From positions 115,322,001 through 115,386,000 of the forward strand of contig NC_087436.1 in the NCBI RefSeq assembly GCF_036321535.1: a stretch of DNA of 64,000 nucleotides. The letters are read 5' to 3'. Shown one piece after another: positions 52,296-63,430 of the stretch. A program made the translations under genes and the position numbers. How positions within the stretch are numbered: position 1 is the first letter of the stretch; each line of letters begins with the position of its first letter. Source of the DNA: Camelus dromedarius (taxonomy: Eukaryota). Under the pieces are notes generated by a model. The model saw nothing but the letters and a program-made list of their open reading frames with translations. It was not told where the DNA came from and ran no database searches.

Positions 52296-52866
52296 TGTCT
52301 TAGCTTGTTTTCCATCAGAATCAGGCCCAGATACAAGGATTTCAGTCCAAGTGTTTTTTTGAGAAGAAAAAGTCGGGATATAGGTGGGGAGGGAAGGCAG
52401 GTAACAAAAGGGCCTGTGACTGCTGTGAGCAACCGAAAAAACTTGGACAGTCAGTTATAGAATGTGTTTGTGTTCAGGATTACCCACCTGATGGGAAGAG
52501 TCTTGGTTGAGGGCTGATCTAAAAGAGTGTTAATGTCCTCACACTTCTGGATGCCACCTGTGTGGGCAGAATGGTTTCCTTGCAACAGAAAGTCAAAGTC
52601 TCAAGCAAAAAAAGAAAGAGAAAGAAAGAAAGAGAGAAAGAGAGAGAGAAACAGAGAGAGAAAGGAAGAAAGAAAGAGAAAGAAAGAGAGAAAGAAAGGA
52701 GAGAGAAAGAAAGAAGGAGAGAGAAAGAAAGCAAGAAAGCAAGAAAGCAAGCAAGAAAGAAAGAAAGAAAGAGAAAAATTAGGTGCTGCCAATTGTACTT
52801 TGTGCTGACAGGTACTGAAGTCTGAGAGTAAAGAGAAGTAGGTGGGATGCTGAAGTGTCTGCTGTA
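52296..52866 (-). mobile_element. 5' LTR (LTR16-type) of the ERV-L provirus, with an internal (GAAA)n expansion
   Basis: Colinear with the 48072-48518 LTR (tgtctt...acaaggattt...gagggctg...gtgttaatgtcc...cac). A purine microsatellite occupies about 52607-52777. Confidence 0.78.
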
Positions 52867-53319
52867 GTTGATTTTTTTCCTTAATAAAATGACTGATTTT
52901 TCTTATTATTCTAGTATTTCATTTTATAACTTGTAACTTGATTTACCCACTTTGCATTATATAATTTTGAGAGCTTGGTTACAAGAGATGAGGAAATTCA
53001 TCTTCTTACACTGTCACACTCTTTTTCCCTTTACTTCTTTCCTTTGCTATTTATCATTCCTCTTTCTAAGTTTATAACATTTTTATTACTTTTATTAAAT
53101 ATTTAGTATCACAGTTTTCTTAATCTCGGCCCTGTAGATATATGGGTTCAAAGCTCACCAGGGGGTCCCTTTCCCAGTGATTTTCTTTTCATTTTAAGAT
53201 TTGCTGAAGTTTGCCTTCTAACTCTTTTTAAAAAAAAAAAAAAAGCCTCATGCAAAATATATGACTTCTTGTGTACTCAAAAAATGTTTTATTATAAAGT
53301 TAACTACTTGTTCAGCTTC

Positions 53320-55035
53320 CCTACTTGGACTATTAATTGTACAATTTCCAAAGTGGGCTTCTAATCTTCCACCTACCAAATCTCAAATATGTCCCTCCCA
53401 CAATTTTCCCAGTAAATAACAATTATCTTTCCCCCTGTTGTTTAGAACAAAAACACATGGAATCATTTTTGACTCTTCTCTTTTTATTTACTTTTTGAAT
53501 AGGCTTTATTTTTTAAAGCAGTTTTAGATTCACAGCAAAATTGAGCAGAAGGTACATAGGTGCCCCTGACTTCCTGCATGTGTAGCTTCCGCATCAACGT
53601 CCCCCACTAGAGTGGGGTACTTGTTACAATTGATGGGCCCACAGTGATATGCCATTGTCACTCAGCCTGTAGTTTACACTGGGGTTCGCTGTTGGTGTCG
53701 TATATTCTATGGGTTTGAATAAATGTGTATTGCCATATTTCCACATTTATACCCTTATACAGAGTAGTTTTACTGATTTAAAAGTCTTCTATGCTCTCCC
53801 TATTCATCCTTCCCTCTCTCTTAACTCCTGACAATCAACTATTTTTATATTTTTTAAACTCTCTCCATAATTTTGCCTTTTCCAGAATGTCATGTAGTTG
53901 GGATCACACAGTATGCAGCCTATTCAGATTGGCTTCTTCTGGTTAGTAATATACCTTTAAGGTTCCTCCATGCCTTTTTATGGCTTGAAATCTCATTTAT
54001 TTTTGGCACTAAATAATATGCCATTGTCTGGATATACTGCAGTTTATTTATCCACTTGTCTACTGAAGGACATCTTGGTTGCTTCCAGGTTTTGGCAATT
54101 ATGAATAAAACTCTAAATATCTACATGTAAGATTTTAAGTTTTTAATGCCTTTTGGTATATATCAGAGCACAGTGACTGCACCTGATGGTAAGAGTATGT
54201 TCAGTTTTGTAAGAAAATTCCAAAGCGCCCTCCAAAGTGGCTGTACCATTTTCTATTCCACCAATGATGGATTAGAGCTTCTTTCTTGTTTTCAAACTCT
54301 ACATTCCATTCATAAGTAAGTCCTGTTGGTTCTCCCTGCTTACATGGCTACCTCTCAGGTTCAAGGCACCCCCAACTTTAACTCATATTATTTAATAGCC
54401 TCCAAAATAGACACCCAATGTTTGCCTTCAGTCATTCTGTAATACAGAAGACAGAACAAGGGAATTAAACTATGCAAGAGAACGTGCCACTCATCTTAAA
54501 GCACTCCAATGACTTTCCACCTCAGAGTAAAACTTCAAACCCTTAAAATAGCCAACATAAAAGTAGCCTTTCCATGTTGCCTTCCTGACCTCATCTTCTC
54601 CCCGTTGCTTCCTCCTCACCCTGTTCCAGTCATACTGACTTTTGTCTGGTTTCCTGAACACTCCACGCACATTAATGGTTTAGGACCTGGTACTAACTAT
54701 TCTCTTTTCTTAAAATATTATTTTCCTGGATATGTGCAAAGCTTGACCCCTTTCCTCATTCCTAACTTCCTCACGTGGCCCATCTCATTAAGGCTTTCTG
54801 GTCAAATAGCACTGCTTTTGACAATCTCTACGTACTTCCTTGAGCATTTACCACCCATCGCCTCCTCCCGTTATACGTAAATAGGACTTTATCTCATTCA
54901 TTACTCTATTTTTATCTCCAATTAGAATGCAAGCTCTATGAGGCAGGGATTTTAGTCTGCTATTTGTTATTATTATTGCTGGGGTGGCGTCCCTTGCACT
55001 AGAGTGCTTGACAGTAAGAGGTGCTCAATAAATAT
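53320..55035 (+). mobile_element. L2 LINE split by an L1MC insertion
   Basis: L2 body on both sides, with the canonical tail tagaatgcaagctctatgaggcaggg...aggtgctcaataaatatt...aatgaa. Confidence 0.8.
53480..54280 (-). mobile_element. L1MC1-like 3' end
   Basis: gcagttttagattcacagcaaaattgagcagaaggtaca...ttttgccttttccagaatgtcat...tactgaaggacatcttggttgcttccag...ccaaagtggctgtaccatttt. Confidence 0.88.
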
Positions 55036-57094
55036 TTCAGAACAAATGAAGGAATGTTGACTTCATAATCAGACCAAAATTTAGTCAGGCTAAAATTCTT
55101 GTTTCCCTGAGGATGTTTTACAATCATGTTCCCCAGTCTTCTAACAGTGTTGCCATGAATCATTTTGAATCTAGCCTCATTATTTTCTCATATAGATGAG
55201 CTAGTCATTATGCCTTGAATCCCAAATTATTCTTTTTTTGTCTTAGAAAGCCAGTACATTTACCTTTTCTCTTTTCAAAAAGTCTTGGGTTATAGGATAT
55301 CCTCTCAACATATATAATTAGGTCTTCTTTTACATTTGAAAATATTTATTAAATTCCAGCTTTAAAAACATATTTATTCCATTTTTGAAGCTACCTTTCA
55401 TTGTGTGTGCATGAAATCATTTTTTTCCTTGTCTTTGCTTCATATCTGCCATCTGCAATCTTTTAAAACTCTTTGTTCATTTTCCTTTTATTTTTCATCT
55501 CTCTAGTCTTTCATGGCTTTGCTGTGCTTCAAGCAGCTTCTGTTTGCCTTTGTGCTGCTTCCAATGCAGACATGATTTTGGAGATGATATTTTTCCTTTT
55601 CCTTTCCACTTACCTCCCACATTCTGCCAGCTCATGTTTCATCTCTTTTGGTTAACTTAATGTTTCTTACTAGTGCACTTTTTTTAAAAAAGGTATTTTT
55701 AAATTTTATTTATGACTGTGTTTGCTCATATTTTACATCTGTTCTATGGCAATATTTTTCTGGTGAGACTTAGTCATCTTTCATATGTTGCTGCTCCTTT
55801 TATTCTTATCTCTTGTAATATCTTTGTGTAGATCCTGTGTCACTTCCTTTTTAATGATTTCTCATCTTTGAGTTGGGTGGGCTCTTACATACTGGCTATT
55901 TTCAGGAAAATCTGGGTTATGCTGGGTCCAGGACTGGTTCCTGCATCAACAAGCTTTCTTGCCTAACCATATGGGGTGGCCTCTTTGGCAGGATTTTATG
56001 ACTGTGAAGTTTTTGGGCCTTTGCTTCTTCCCAGAGAGCAGAGATCAAGTGCAGCCAGGTTGCTTGCAAGTCAAGTCCCTCCTTCCTAAGAAACTGCTTC
56101 AAGATTTTCTGAAATCACTGACTGTGCACCCACCTCAGTGTTGTGGAAGGGGTGTCAGGGATGTTCTTCCAGTTAGTCTGCATACCCTGCCCTAGTTGCT
56201 CAAAGAAATGAGTGTTGGGTTTGCCCTTTAAGTCTTACACCTCCTTTTGGGAGCTATTTTTGCTAACTTTGTTTTATAGATTTGCCATTACAAACACCAT
56301 TTTCAACAGATGTCTTCGACCTTCAGTGCATTTGGCAGTTCTTTCTCATCTATTGTTATTCAAGGTCATAGTTATCTTTAAATCTTTTAAAGATAAATTT
56401 AAATCCTGTGGAGTTTCACTATATTACACTGCCTCTCAGAGATTTTTTTAATGCAGAGATTTGTACAGGATGAAGAAAAAGGAGCAAGACATGGGCACTT
56501 ACAAAGCTATAATACTTAATGTAGGAGGAGACACAGTATTAAGAAAGGATGAACAGGAGACCCTACAGGGTGCAGACATGTAGAGGAGGACTCAGGATGT
56601 CTACTGGCTGAGTGCTGGCGACTGTTTTTGTTTCAGACATTTATGAGCTATCCTGGGAGAATACACCAGCCCTCACTGAAGACTGAAAGATAAAGGTTGT
56701 GAGGAGGATGATTTTGAGATGGGAATTCTCAAGTTATTACTGCACACAGCAATTAGGGGGAAAAACAATAGATAAAATTATTGAGATAAAGTGTGAATTC
56801 TCAGAAAAACAGAGGGTGATGTGTCAGACTTTGTATGCTTTAGGCATAGGGAGAGGACCTCCTTGTGTAAGCAGATAAGTAAGATTGAGAGAGGGCAAGA
56901 AAACTTTGCTTTTCTGCAAGATACATTGAACTGGATTATTTTAACAATGATATTTTAACAGTATTATAATTTTTGTGTGTGTTCCTACGCAGAATTCTTA
57001 TTGTTATTTTACTGATTCATGTAACACATACTCATTAAGCCTCTTTTCTAAGCCACGCCAGGCCCAGGGAAAGAGTGATGGGGAGTGATTATTT

Positions 57095-57410
57095 TCTTAA
57101 TTGGTTCATACTGTTATAATGAAAATTCCAGGGACTGGGTGGCTTAAATAACCAACATTTATCTCTCACATTTCCAAAGGTTGGCATGTCCAAGTTCAAG
57201 GTGCGGGCAGATTTGGTCCCACGCTTCTTGGTTCTTGCTGTGCAGTAGGAGAGCAAGAATGCTTTCTGGGGCATCTATCATAAGGACACTAATCTCATTC
57301 ATGGGGGCTCCACCCTCCATGACCTAATCACCTTCCAGTGGATCCACCTCCTAATACCATCTCATTGAGGGTTAAGATTTCAACATATGGATTTTGTGGA
57401 GACCATTGCA
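57095..57410 (-). mobile_element. MLT1A-type MaLR LTR
   Basis: actgggtggcttaaa...catttatctctcaca...ccaagttcaaggtg...ctccaccctccatgacctaatcacc...cctcctaataccatc. Confidence 0.88.
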
Positions 57411-57619
57411 ATTATGAATCTTCATGGAAATAACAGAGTGGTTCTTCAGATTTTTCCCCCCCTTTGGCTTAGGATAGGGGGCCCAAATGGGAATATTTGT
57501 GGAATTTATTTGAGTCATTTCAACAAATACTGCTGAGAATCTGCTAAGTGCCAGACATTTATTTCAGTACTGGAGATAAAACAGTGAATTTGGTCATTCC
57601 TCATTTATGTTTAGTTTTC

Positions 57620-59030
57620 CTCCATAGTTCCTGCTTACAGCTTCCAGGGGAATTTCCTAAGTGATAAGAGTGTAAAGATGCCTCTTAGATTAATGAGGTG
57701 ACTTTTGCAAAGCATCAAAGCATAGGGGCTGGTTGCCAGTGGAGCCAATCATGGAGGGTTAAGACTTTCAGTCCCACCACCCCAACCTCTGGGGAGGGGT
57801 GAAGGGCTACAAGTTGAATCAGTTGCCAAAAGTCAGTGATTCAATCAACCATGCCTGTGTAATGAAGCCTCCATAAAAACTCAAAAGGTCAGGTTTCAGA
57901 GAACTTTGGGGTTGGTAAGCACATGGGGATCTGGGGAGAGTTGAACTCCTGGAGAGGGCATGGGGGCTCATGCCCCTCCCCATATAACTTGCCCTATGCA
58001 CCTCTTCCTTCTGGCTGTTTCTGCATTACATCTTTCAAAATAAACACAGTGATCTAGTAAGTAAAATACGTCTCTGAGTTCTGTGAGCCTTTCTAGTAAA
58101 TTAATCAAACCGGGTAAGGAGGTTGTGGTAGCTTCTGATTTATAGCCAGTGGGTCAGAAGTACAGGTAACAACCTGGAGTCTGAAGTCCACGGAGGGGAT
58201 TGTTGGAACCTCGAGTCCATAGCTGTTGGTCAGAAGCACAGGTGATAACCAGGGCTTAAAACAGGCATCTGAAATGCGGAGTGGGCAGTCTTGTAGGACT
58301 GAGCCCTTAATTTTATGGGAGCTGGTGCTACTGTTAGCAGATGGGGAAGTTTCCTAAAAGGGGAAGACCCACAAAAAGTGGGGTTCTGTCTTCTGGCACT
58401 GAAAGAATTCACAGTAGAGACAAAGGGGCAGAGTGAAAGTTGCTTTATTGCTCCAAAAAAAAAAAAAAAAAGAGGAAAAGATACTCAAGTGGAAAGACAC
58501 TGGAGTTGGGGAGACAAGCCCAGGTGGCTTGATGTAAGAGCTCTCGCTTTTGGGGTCTCGGCTAGGTCCTTTCATCTGTCTTCTTTGGTGCTTCTTGTCC
58601 TCTTTCCACTGGCTGCCCTCTCCTACTTGCATTCCAGTTTGTTCTGCTCTGTGGAACAAACACTCTGCGAAAACAAGATTCAGTAACTAGGGACCCTTAA
58701 ATGATGTGGTCAAGCTAGATCCTTGAACAATGTGGTCACATAGATTAGACGTAATCAGGGTCTTCTGTTCCTTCAGGGTGGCTTTTTCATCATTCAAGTA
58801 AAAGTATCAACTAAGGCCAACTATAGGTTAATTTTAAACAGGTTAATTTAAAACTTTCAAAGAAGTCTCTAGGCACCCGGTCCCAGTTTCTGTTCCCCGG
58901 TTCCCTGCCTGTTTCACCGTCTCTGGGTGGACAGTGTCAGAGTAGAGCTGAACTGTAGGACAACCAGCTGGTAGCAGAGAAGTACTTACTGGCCTGGAGA
59001 GGCCCCCGTCACACATGCTGGAGTTGAGTC
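57620..59030 (+). mobile_element. MER21-like LTR split by a younger LTR
   Basis: ggggctggttgccag...caatcaaccatgcctgtgtaatgaagcctccataaaaac...ctgagttctgtgagc. The element resumes at 58917 with gacagtgtcagagtagagctgaactgtaggaca. Confidence 0.82.
58332..58916 (-). mobile_element. Younger ERV1-class solo LTR
   Basis: TG...CA termini. The reverse complement begins tgaaacaggcagggaaccgggg. A minus-strand AATAAA lies at 58444-58449. The element cleanly interrupts the MER21-like LTR. Confidence 0.75.
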
Positions 59031-59439
59031 CAGGAACCCACAATACCCCTCAGGGGAAGATAAGTGTGGAAGAATATAAGATGACCCCTTTTTGAGGCTG
59101 TAAACCATATGAATCCTGTTATAGGTTAAGGATTACTGGTTTAGGATTTAATACAAAGACTAAGTCGATTGTGTTGCGGACAATAATTGAAGAAAAGATA
59201 AAAGCGTCTAATGATTTTTGAGTGCCCTAAAGATTATACCGACTGCTCTCTGTCACAAAACTTCAGTGAGAGGTTATCATCCTCATCTTACACTGAAGGC
59301 ACCCAAATCTCAGAGCTTAAATTCCATTGCCCTGAGTCACAGAGGTGCCCAGTGGAGGGACCTGTATTCTGGCCTAGACTCCAGTGACGCATCGCACCTC
59401 ACTTCATCGCCTGCTAAATGATTGCCCCCCGGGATGCCA

Positions 59440-60060
59440 GGAGTGCGGCTTTAGCCTGAATAGATAAAGCCACTCTGTTACCGGGGTGCTGTTTTCTGAC
59501 TCCAGCTGATCTTGCTTACAGAGAGGACGACAGCACACTCCTCCCCCCTCTTTCCTGCTCACTTGCCCCAAAGCCAGTGCTAATAAATAAAGCTAATAGA
59601 TAAAGATGTTTAGTTTTCCAAACATCTGTAAGGCATAAAAAAAAATATGGAGACTGGGAAGAGCAGCCTTTCTTCTTCTCTAACCAGTGATCTGAAAACT
59701 GTTAGAAGCGATTGTAGGTGCTGGAAGACATAAATAGATGCAATTGGTGGCGAAACACATGAAGCCTGAACATCCGTGAAGAGTTTCCCCACCGAGTAAA
59801 TGGGGCTAAACAGCAGCTGAAACCTGCCATGGGAGGCAGTATCTTCCCACATCAAGGAAATATTGGTTGGACTAAACGTTCCAAGACCTTGTTATGTGAA
59901 CATAATTCCAGCGCCCTGATTGGCAAGAGAAAAAAAGAGAACGGTGGCCGATAAAGTGATTCGCAGTGAAATGTATTAAAGCTTCCTCTGGATTTTATAG
60001 TCATTTTCAGAGCGAAACCAGCTGCCTTTTGCAACTTTGCTCTCCTGCATCGTAGGGGTA
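59440..60060. promoter_or_regulatory. Candidate enhancer or conserved non-coding element
   Basis: Repeat-free and CpG-retaining. GATAA motifs at 59462, 59598 and 59949, and CAGCTG E-boxes at 59503, 59814 and 60019. Confidence 0.4.
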
Positions 60061-60064
60061 TCTG

Positions 60065-60480
60065 TGCCTGTGTTTGTATGAGCTCCTCCATGTGCAGGTT
60101 GCACTGTGTGCAGTCACACGCTGGAGTACATCGCCCGAGAAATTAGGTCTCCGCGAACTTTGTGTGCATGTCTCTGAGAGTGCTGGGTTTGCAAGCACGT
60201 GTATGAGGCTGTGGGCAACCAGAGGGGTGCACTTGGGTGTGTGTGCACAGGTGACCGATCCTCTGCATGTGTGCTTTTGCAGATGTGCGTGTCTGTGCAC
60301 ATGCAGTTGCAGAGGGTTGCATGCATGTGTGTGCAAATTTAAGTACTTAAAGATGTGTGTGTGAGAACACCTGTGCAGAGAGGAACACGGGTACCCCCAT
60401 GTGCAAGCTCCTTGATTCGTATGTCAGCCTGCGTGTGCGAGCCCAGCGTATGTGCGCATTGTGTGCATGCATGTGTCAGC
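60065..60480. repeat. Cryptic TG/GC alternating low-complexity tract
   Basis: Repeated tgtgcatgtg and gtgtgca motifs. Confidence 0.7.
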
Positions 60481-61133
60481 AATGTCGAAGAATGACGAAG
60501 TGTTACTGGAGGGGCTGTTTCTCAGCTGGCATCCTTCACTGTCAAGATAGGAGCTGTTTCCAGAAATGGCTGCTGCCGATTTGTCGTGCTGTTAATAGAT
60601 GTCAGAGCTGTGTCTGTTGGGTCTGGCACTCAAGCGGTGAAGCGGAATTTCCAAACAAGGCCAGACCCCCGGAAGCTGTCCCAACTTTACAAGGTGATTG
60701 AAAATAGATATTTTTTAGGGAGAAAAAAAAGGATTACATTTTTGGTGATGCTTCGTCTAGAGGCCAGTTTGACGGGTCTGTGTGTAACACATCTGTGGTA
60801 GGTTAGTGGGGCTAAGGATGGGACGGGAGTGGGTGGGAGTGGGAACTGGGCGAAGGGGCTGCCAGCCAAGCTCCAGCTGCAACAGCTTCTACTGCATTTC
60901 CCCAGACTCTGGGTATCTGTTAACCACGTCAGCGTTTTTCCTCCCCAAAGTGTAGGATCCCAGAAATGGATGAGACATCTTCCCTTGTTTAGAGTTTAGG
61001 ATTCTGGGGCTTAAAGTGAGAAAACCACTTCCCTGACATAAAAGGCAGACTTCAGATTCGAACCCAAATCAATGAAATGTGAGAACAGTTTGTAGAATTC
61101 AGATTTTTATTTCTTTTTAGTATTCTTTTATTC

Positions 61134-61169
61134 TTTTTTTTTTTTTTTTGCTATCAATCAGTATTTATT
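61134..61169 (-). terminator. Minus-strand polyadenylation signal followed by an A16 tract
   Basis: AATAAA (plus-strand tttatt at 61164-61169), a 14-nt spacer, then a T16 run at 61134-61149 on the plus strand. Confidence 0.65.
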
Positions 61170-62240
61170 AAAAATAAAATATCCCAGCAAACCAGGGTGT
61201 AGTCAACTGTTGGTCTCACTGGGCAAGGCTAGAAAGACAGTCATTAGGGCAACGTTCATGGCCCGTCATCCCCTTTACTCGGTCGAGGGCAAATCCTTCC
61301 ATCTGAAAGCCCAACACACAAATACTCTTCTCTCTCAGTAGGTATCTGAAATGTTGGTGCAGCGTGTTAAGTGCTTCTTACCAGAAGACACTGTTAATTT
61401 CTTCCTTATCCATGATGCAGAATTCAACTGAATACCATTTTTCTCAACTCATGCTATAACTAAATCCATTTAATAGATATTTGTATTCATGCAAATCGTG
61501 GTAAGGGTGAAAATACAAATGCATAACACATATGACAAGTAAGGTGAACTATATTTTATGGTTTACAAAAACACTTGTGTGATATACACCAATAACTAAC
61601 TCACTATAGATAAAGAAACAGATTTAGGGCTAGTGGTCCAGTTAGGGTCAATAATGAAGAAAGACTTTAAAGATGTATTTCCCAAAATGACCAAATCTGC
61701 ATTCAGTAAATCAAAAATGCAAATGCCTTTAGAGAAGTGAAAATGTTTACCCTAAAAATAAAGGCATGGCTTTGAATGGGAACATACACGAAATATCTCA
61801 CTATCCATAATCAGTGTGGATGGAATAAACTCCTCCTCCAAGATGAAAACAGGCTCCTCACTTCTGAGGCTGTTACTGTTCCAAGTCATCAGAGAGTCAA
61901 GTGCCAGTGTGGTTTGTAAATACATGAAATATTTTTAAAGACCTCTTTTGATGACTGTGTGTCTTTTTCCTCCTTGAATTGTCTGTCTTGGCCTGTGGCA
62001 CTTTTGAGGTTTCTCAGCAGCACTTCACTGATCGATGCCTTGTGGAACTGGTGAATGAAGTCAGGCCCAAAGTTGCCTCCTACATAGGAGAGGGGGATGC
62101 CCAGGTCAAAGACGCTGTTCAGAGAGTCTCTGCACTGAGTAAGGACCACTGGCCTTCCCTCTGCCTCTGGAACACTAAGACCTCTACACTCATGGTCGGA
62201 ACAAGGGACAGAAAAACAGCCAAGAAAGCTACTCCACCTG
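61150..62240 (-). other. 3'-terminal segment of an unidentified minus-strand transcript (real last exon/3' UTR or retrocopy)
   Basis: About 1.1 kb free of repeats and ending at the poly(A) signal. AU-rich UTR-like composition with UGUA motifs. Contains an ATG-less open frame at 62236-61889. Confidence 0.45.
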
Positions 62241-63119
62241 AATTCGTCTATGCCACTTAAATCTGTGGCCAGATAAATGTCTTAACACTTTACTTCCAAA
62301 ATCTTAAAGATCCATGATTTTCAACTGTGGTGTCACATTAGGGCCATCTAGGAGAGTTTTCTTAAAACCCCAAAGATTCTGCTACTTGGTCAGAAGTTGG
62401 TTGAGGTCGTAGGTTAGAAGGAATAATGGAACTGAGGCTCAATGTGAATTAACCTAGAACAAAATGGTCGGAGACAAAATAAAGGTTTGTCTTAGGTTAT
62501 AAAGCCTTATTATAACCTTATATTATACACTAGCTTGGAATGACACTTCTACAAATCTTTTTCTTTGGAATTCCAGTACTGAAAGGCAACTTTGGGATTC
62601 AGAGACTGAAGGAGCTGGGTGTCATCTATTCAGCAAAGATTTAACCAAGGGTTAACACAAAACAGTTTATAACGAGCTAGGTGACAGGAGCTCCTATCAT
62701 CTCCCCACGCTCCTCTCTGGGCCAAACCTCTTGGAAACATCGGCGACATGGCTTCTGTGCTCCCCCTGCTTCTTTTCACTGTCTGTCACAAAGCTGTGAC
62801 TTCCAGGATTAGTGCAACTGGAAGGAGGCATGGCTGCTCCTCTGTAGCTCAAGGCTGTCCTGCCTCGCATGGATCTTTCTGCTCATAGAATGAGGTCGTT
62901 ATGCTTCATCTCAGGCTCCATGTCAAAAGCTTACTAGGGTCAAGGTTGAGTTCCATGTTTTAAAAAAAAAACCATGTACCGAGGTCTACATCTCACTGGC
63001 CCCAGCTGGGAGGCAGCAAAGGTAGCAAGTTCTCTTGGCGCAGCTGGCAGGAGACGGACTGCCAGCCATTGTCTCCCTAAGGCAGGGCATCTCAGGGGTT
63101 TAGATTCTGCCACTCACTG

Positions 63120-63430
63120 TTTCAAGCAGGGACCAGCAATGCAGACGCTGCTGGGCCCACTCAAGGACCACTGAATCAGAATCGGCATTTTCACAGGGTT
63201 CTCGTGTGATGCACATGCAGCCAAAGTTTTCAAGAAGCTCTGGTGCAGGCCAGGACGTCTTTCTCCCTCTTAGCTATATGATAAAATCGTAAGAGGAACT
63301 TTCACAAAGTACACTGAAGCCCAGGTTCTATCCAAGACCAATTCAATCATAATCGGCTGGATGGAACCTGGGTGTTAGTGTTTTCAGAAGCTCCTCATAT
63401 GACTGTGAAGCCAGGATTGAGTGGCTCTGT
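63120..63430. mobile_element. Two adjacent MER5-family hAT-Charlie MITEs
   Basis: ctgaatcagaatcggcattttcacagg...gtgatgcacatgcagccaaagttt, and cccaggttctatccaagaccaattcaatcataatc...agctcctc...gccaggattgag. Confidence 0.7.

Noticed and set aside
60007..60701. Cys/His-rich ORFs resembling metallothionein or keratin-associated proteins
   Set aside because: An artefact of the alternating TG/CA low-complexity tract. There is no regular Cys spacing or gene structure.
61200..61270. Possible SECIS element in the putative 3' UTR, prompted by TGA TGA at the end of the open frame
   Set aside because: ATGA motifs are present, but there is no proper helix II with an apical AA and a matching GA quartet.
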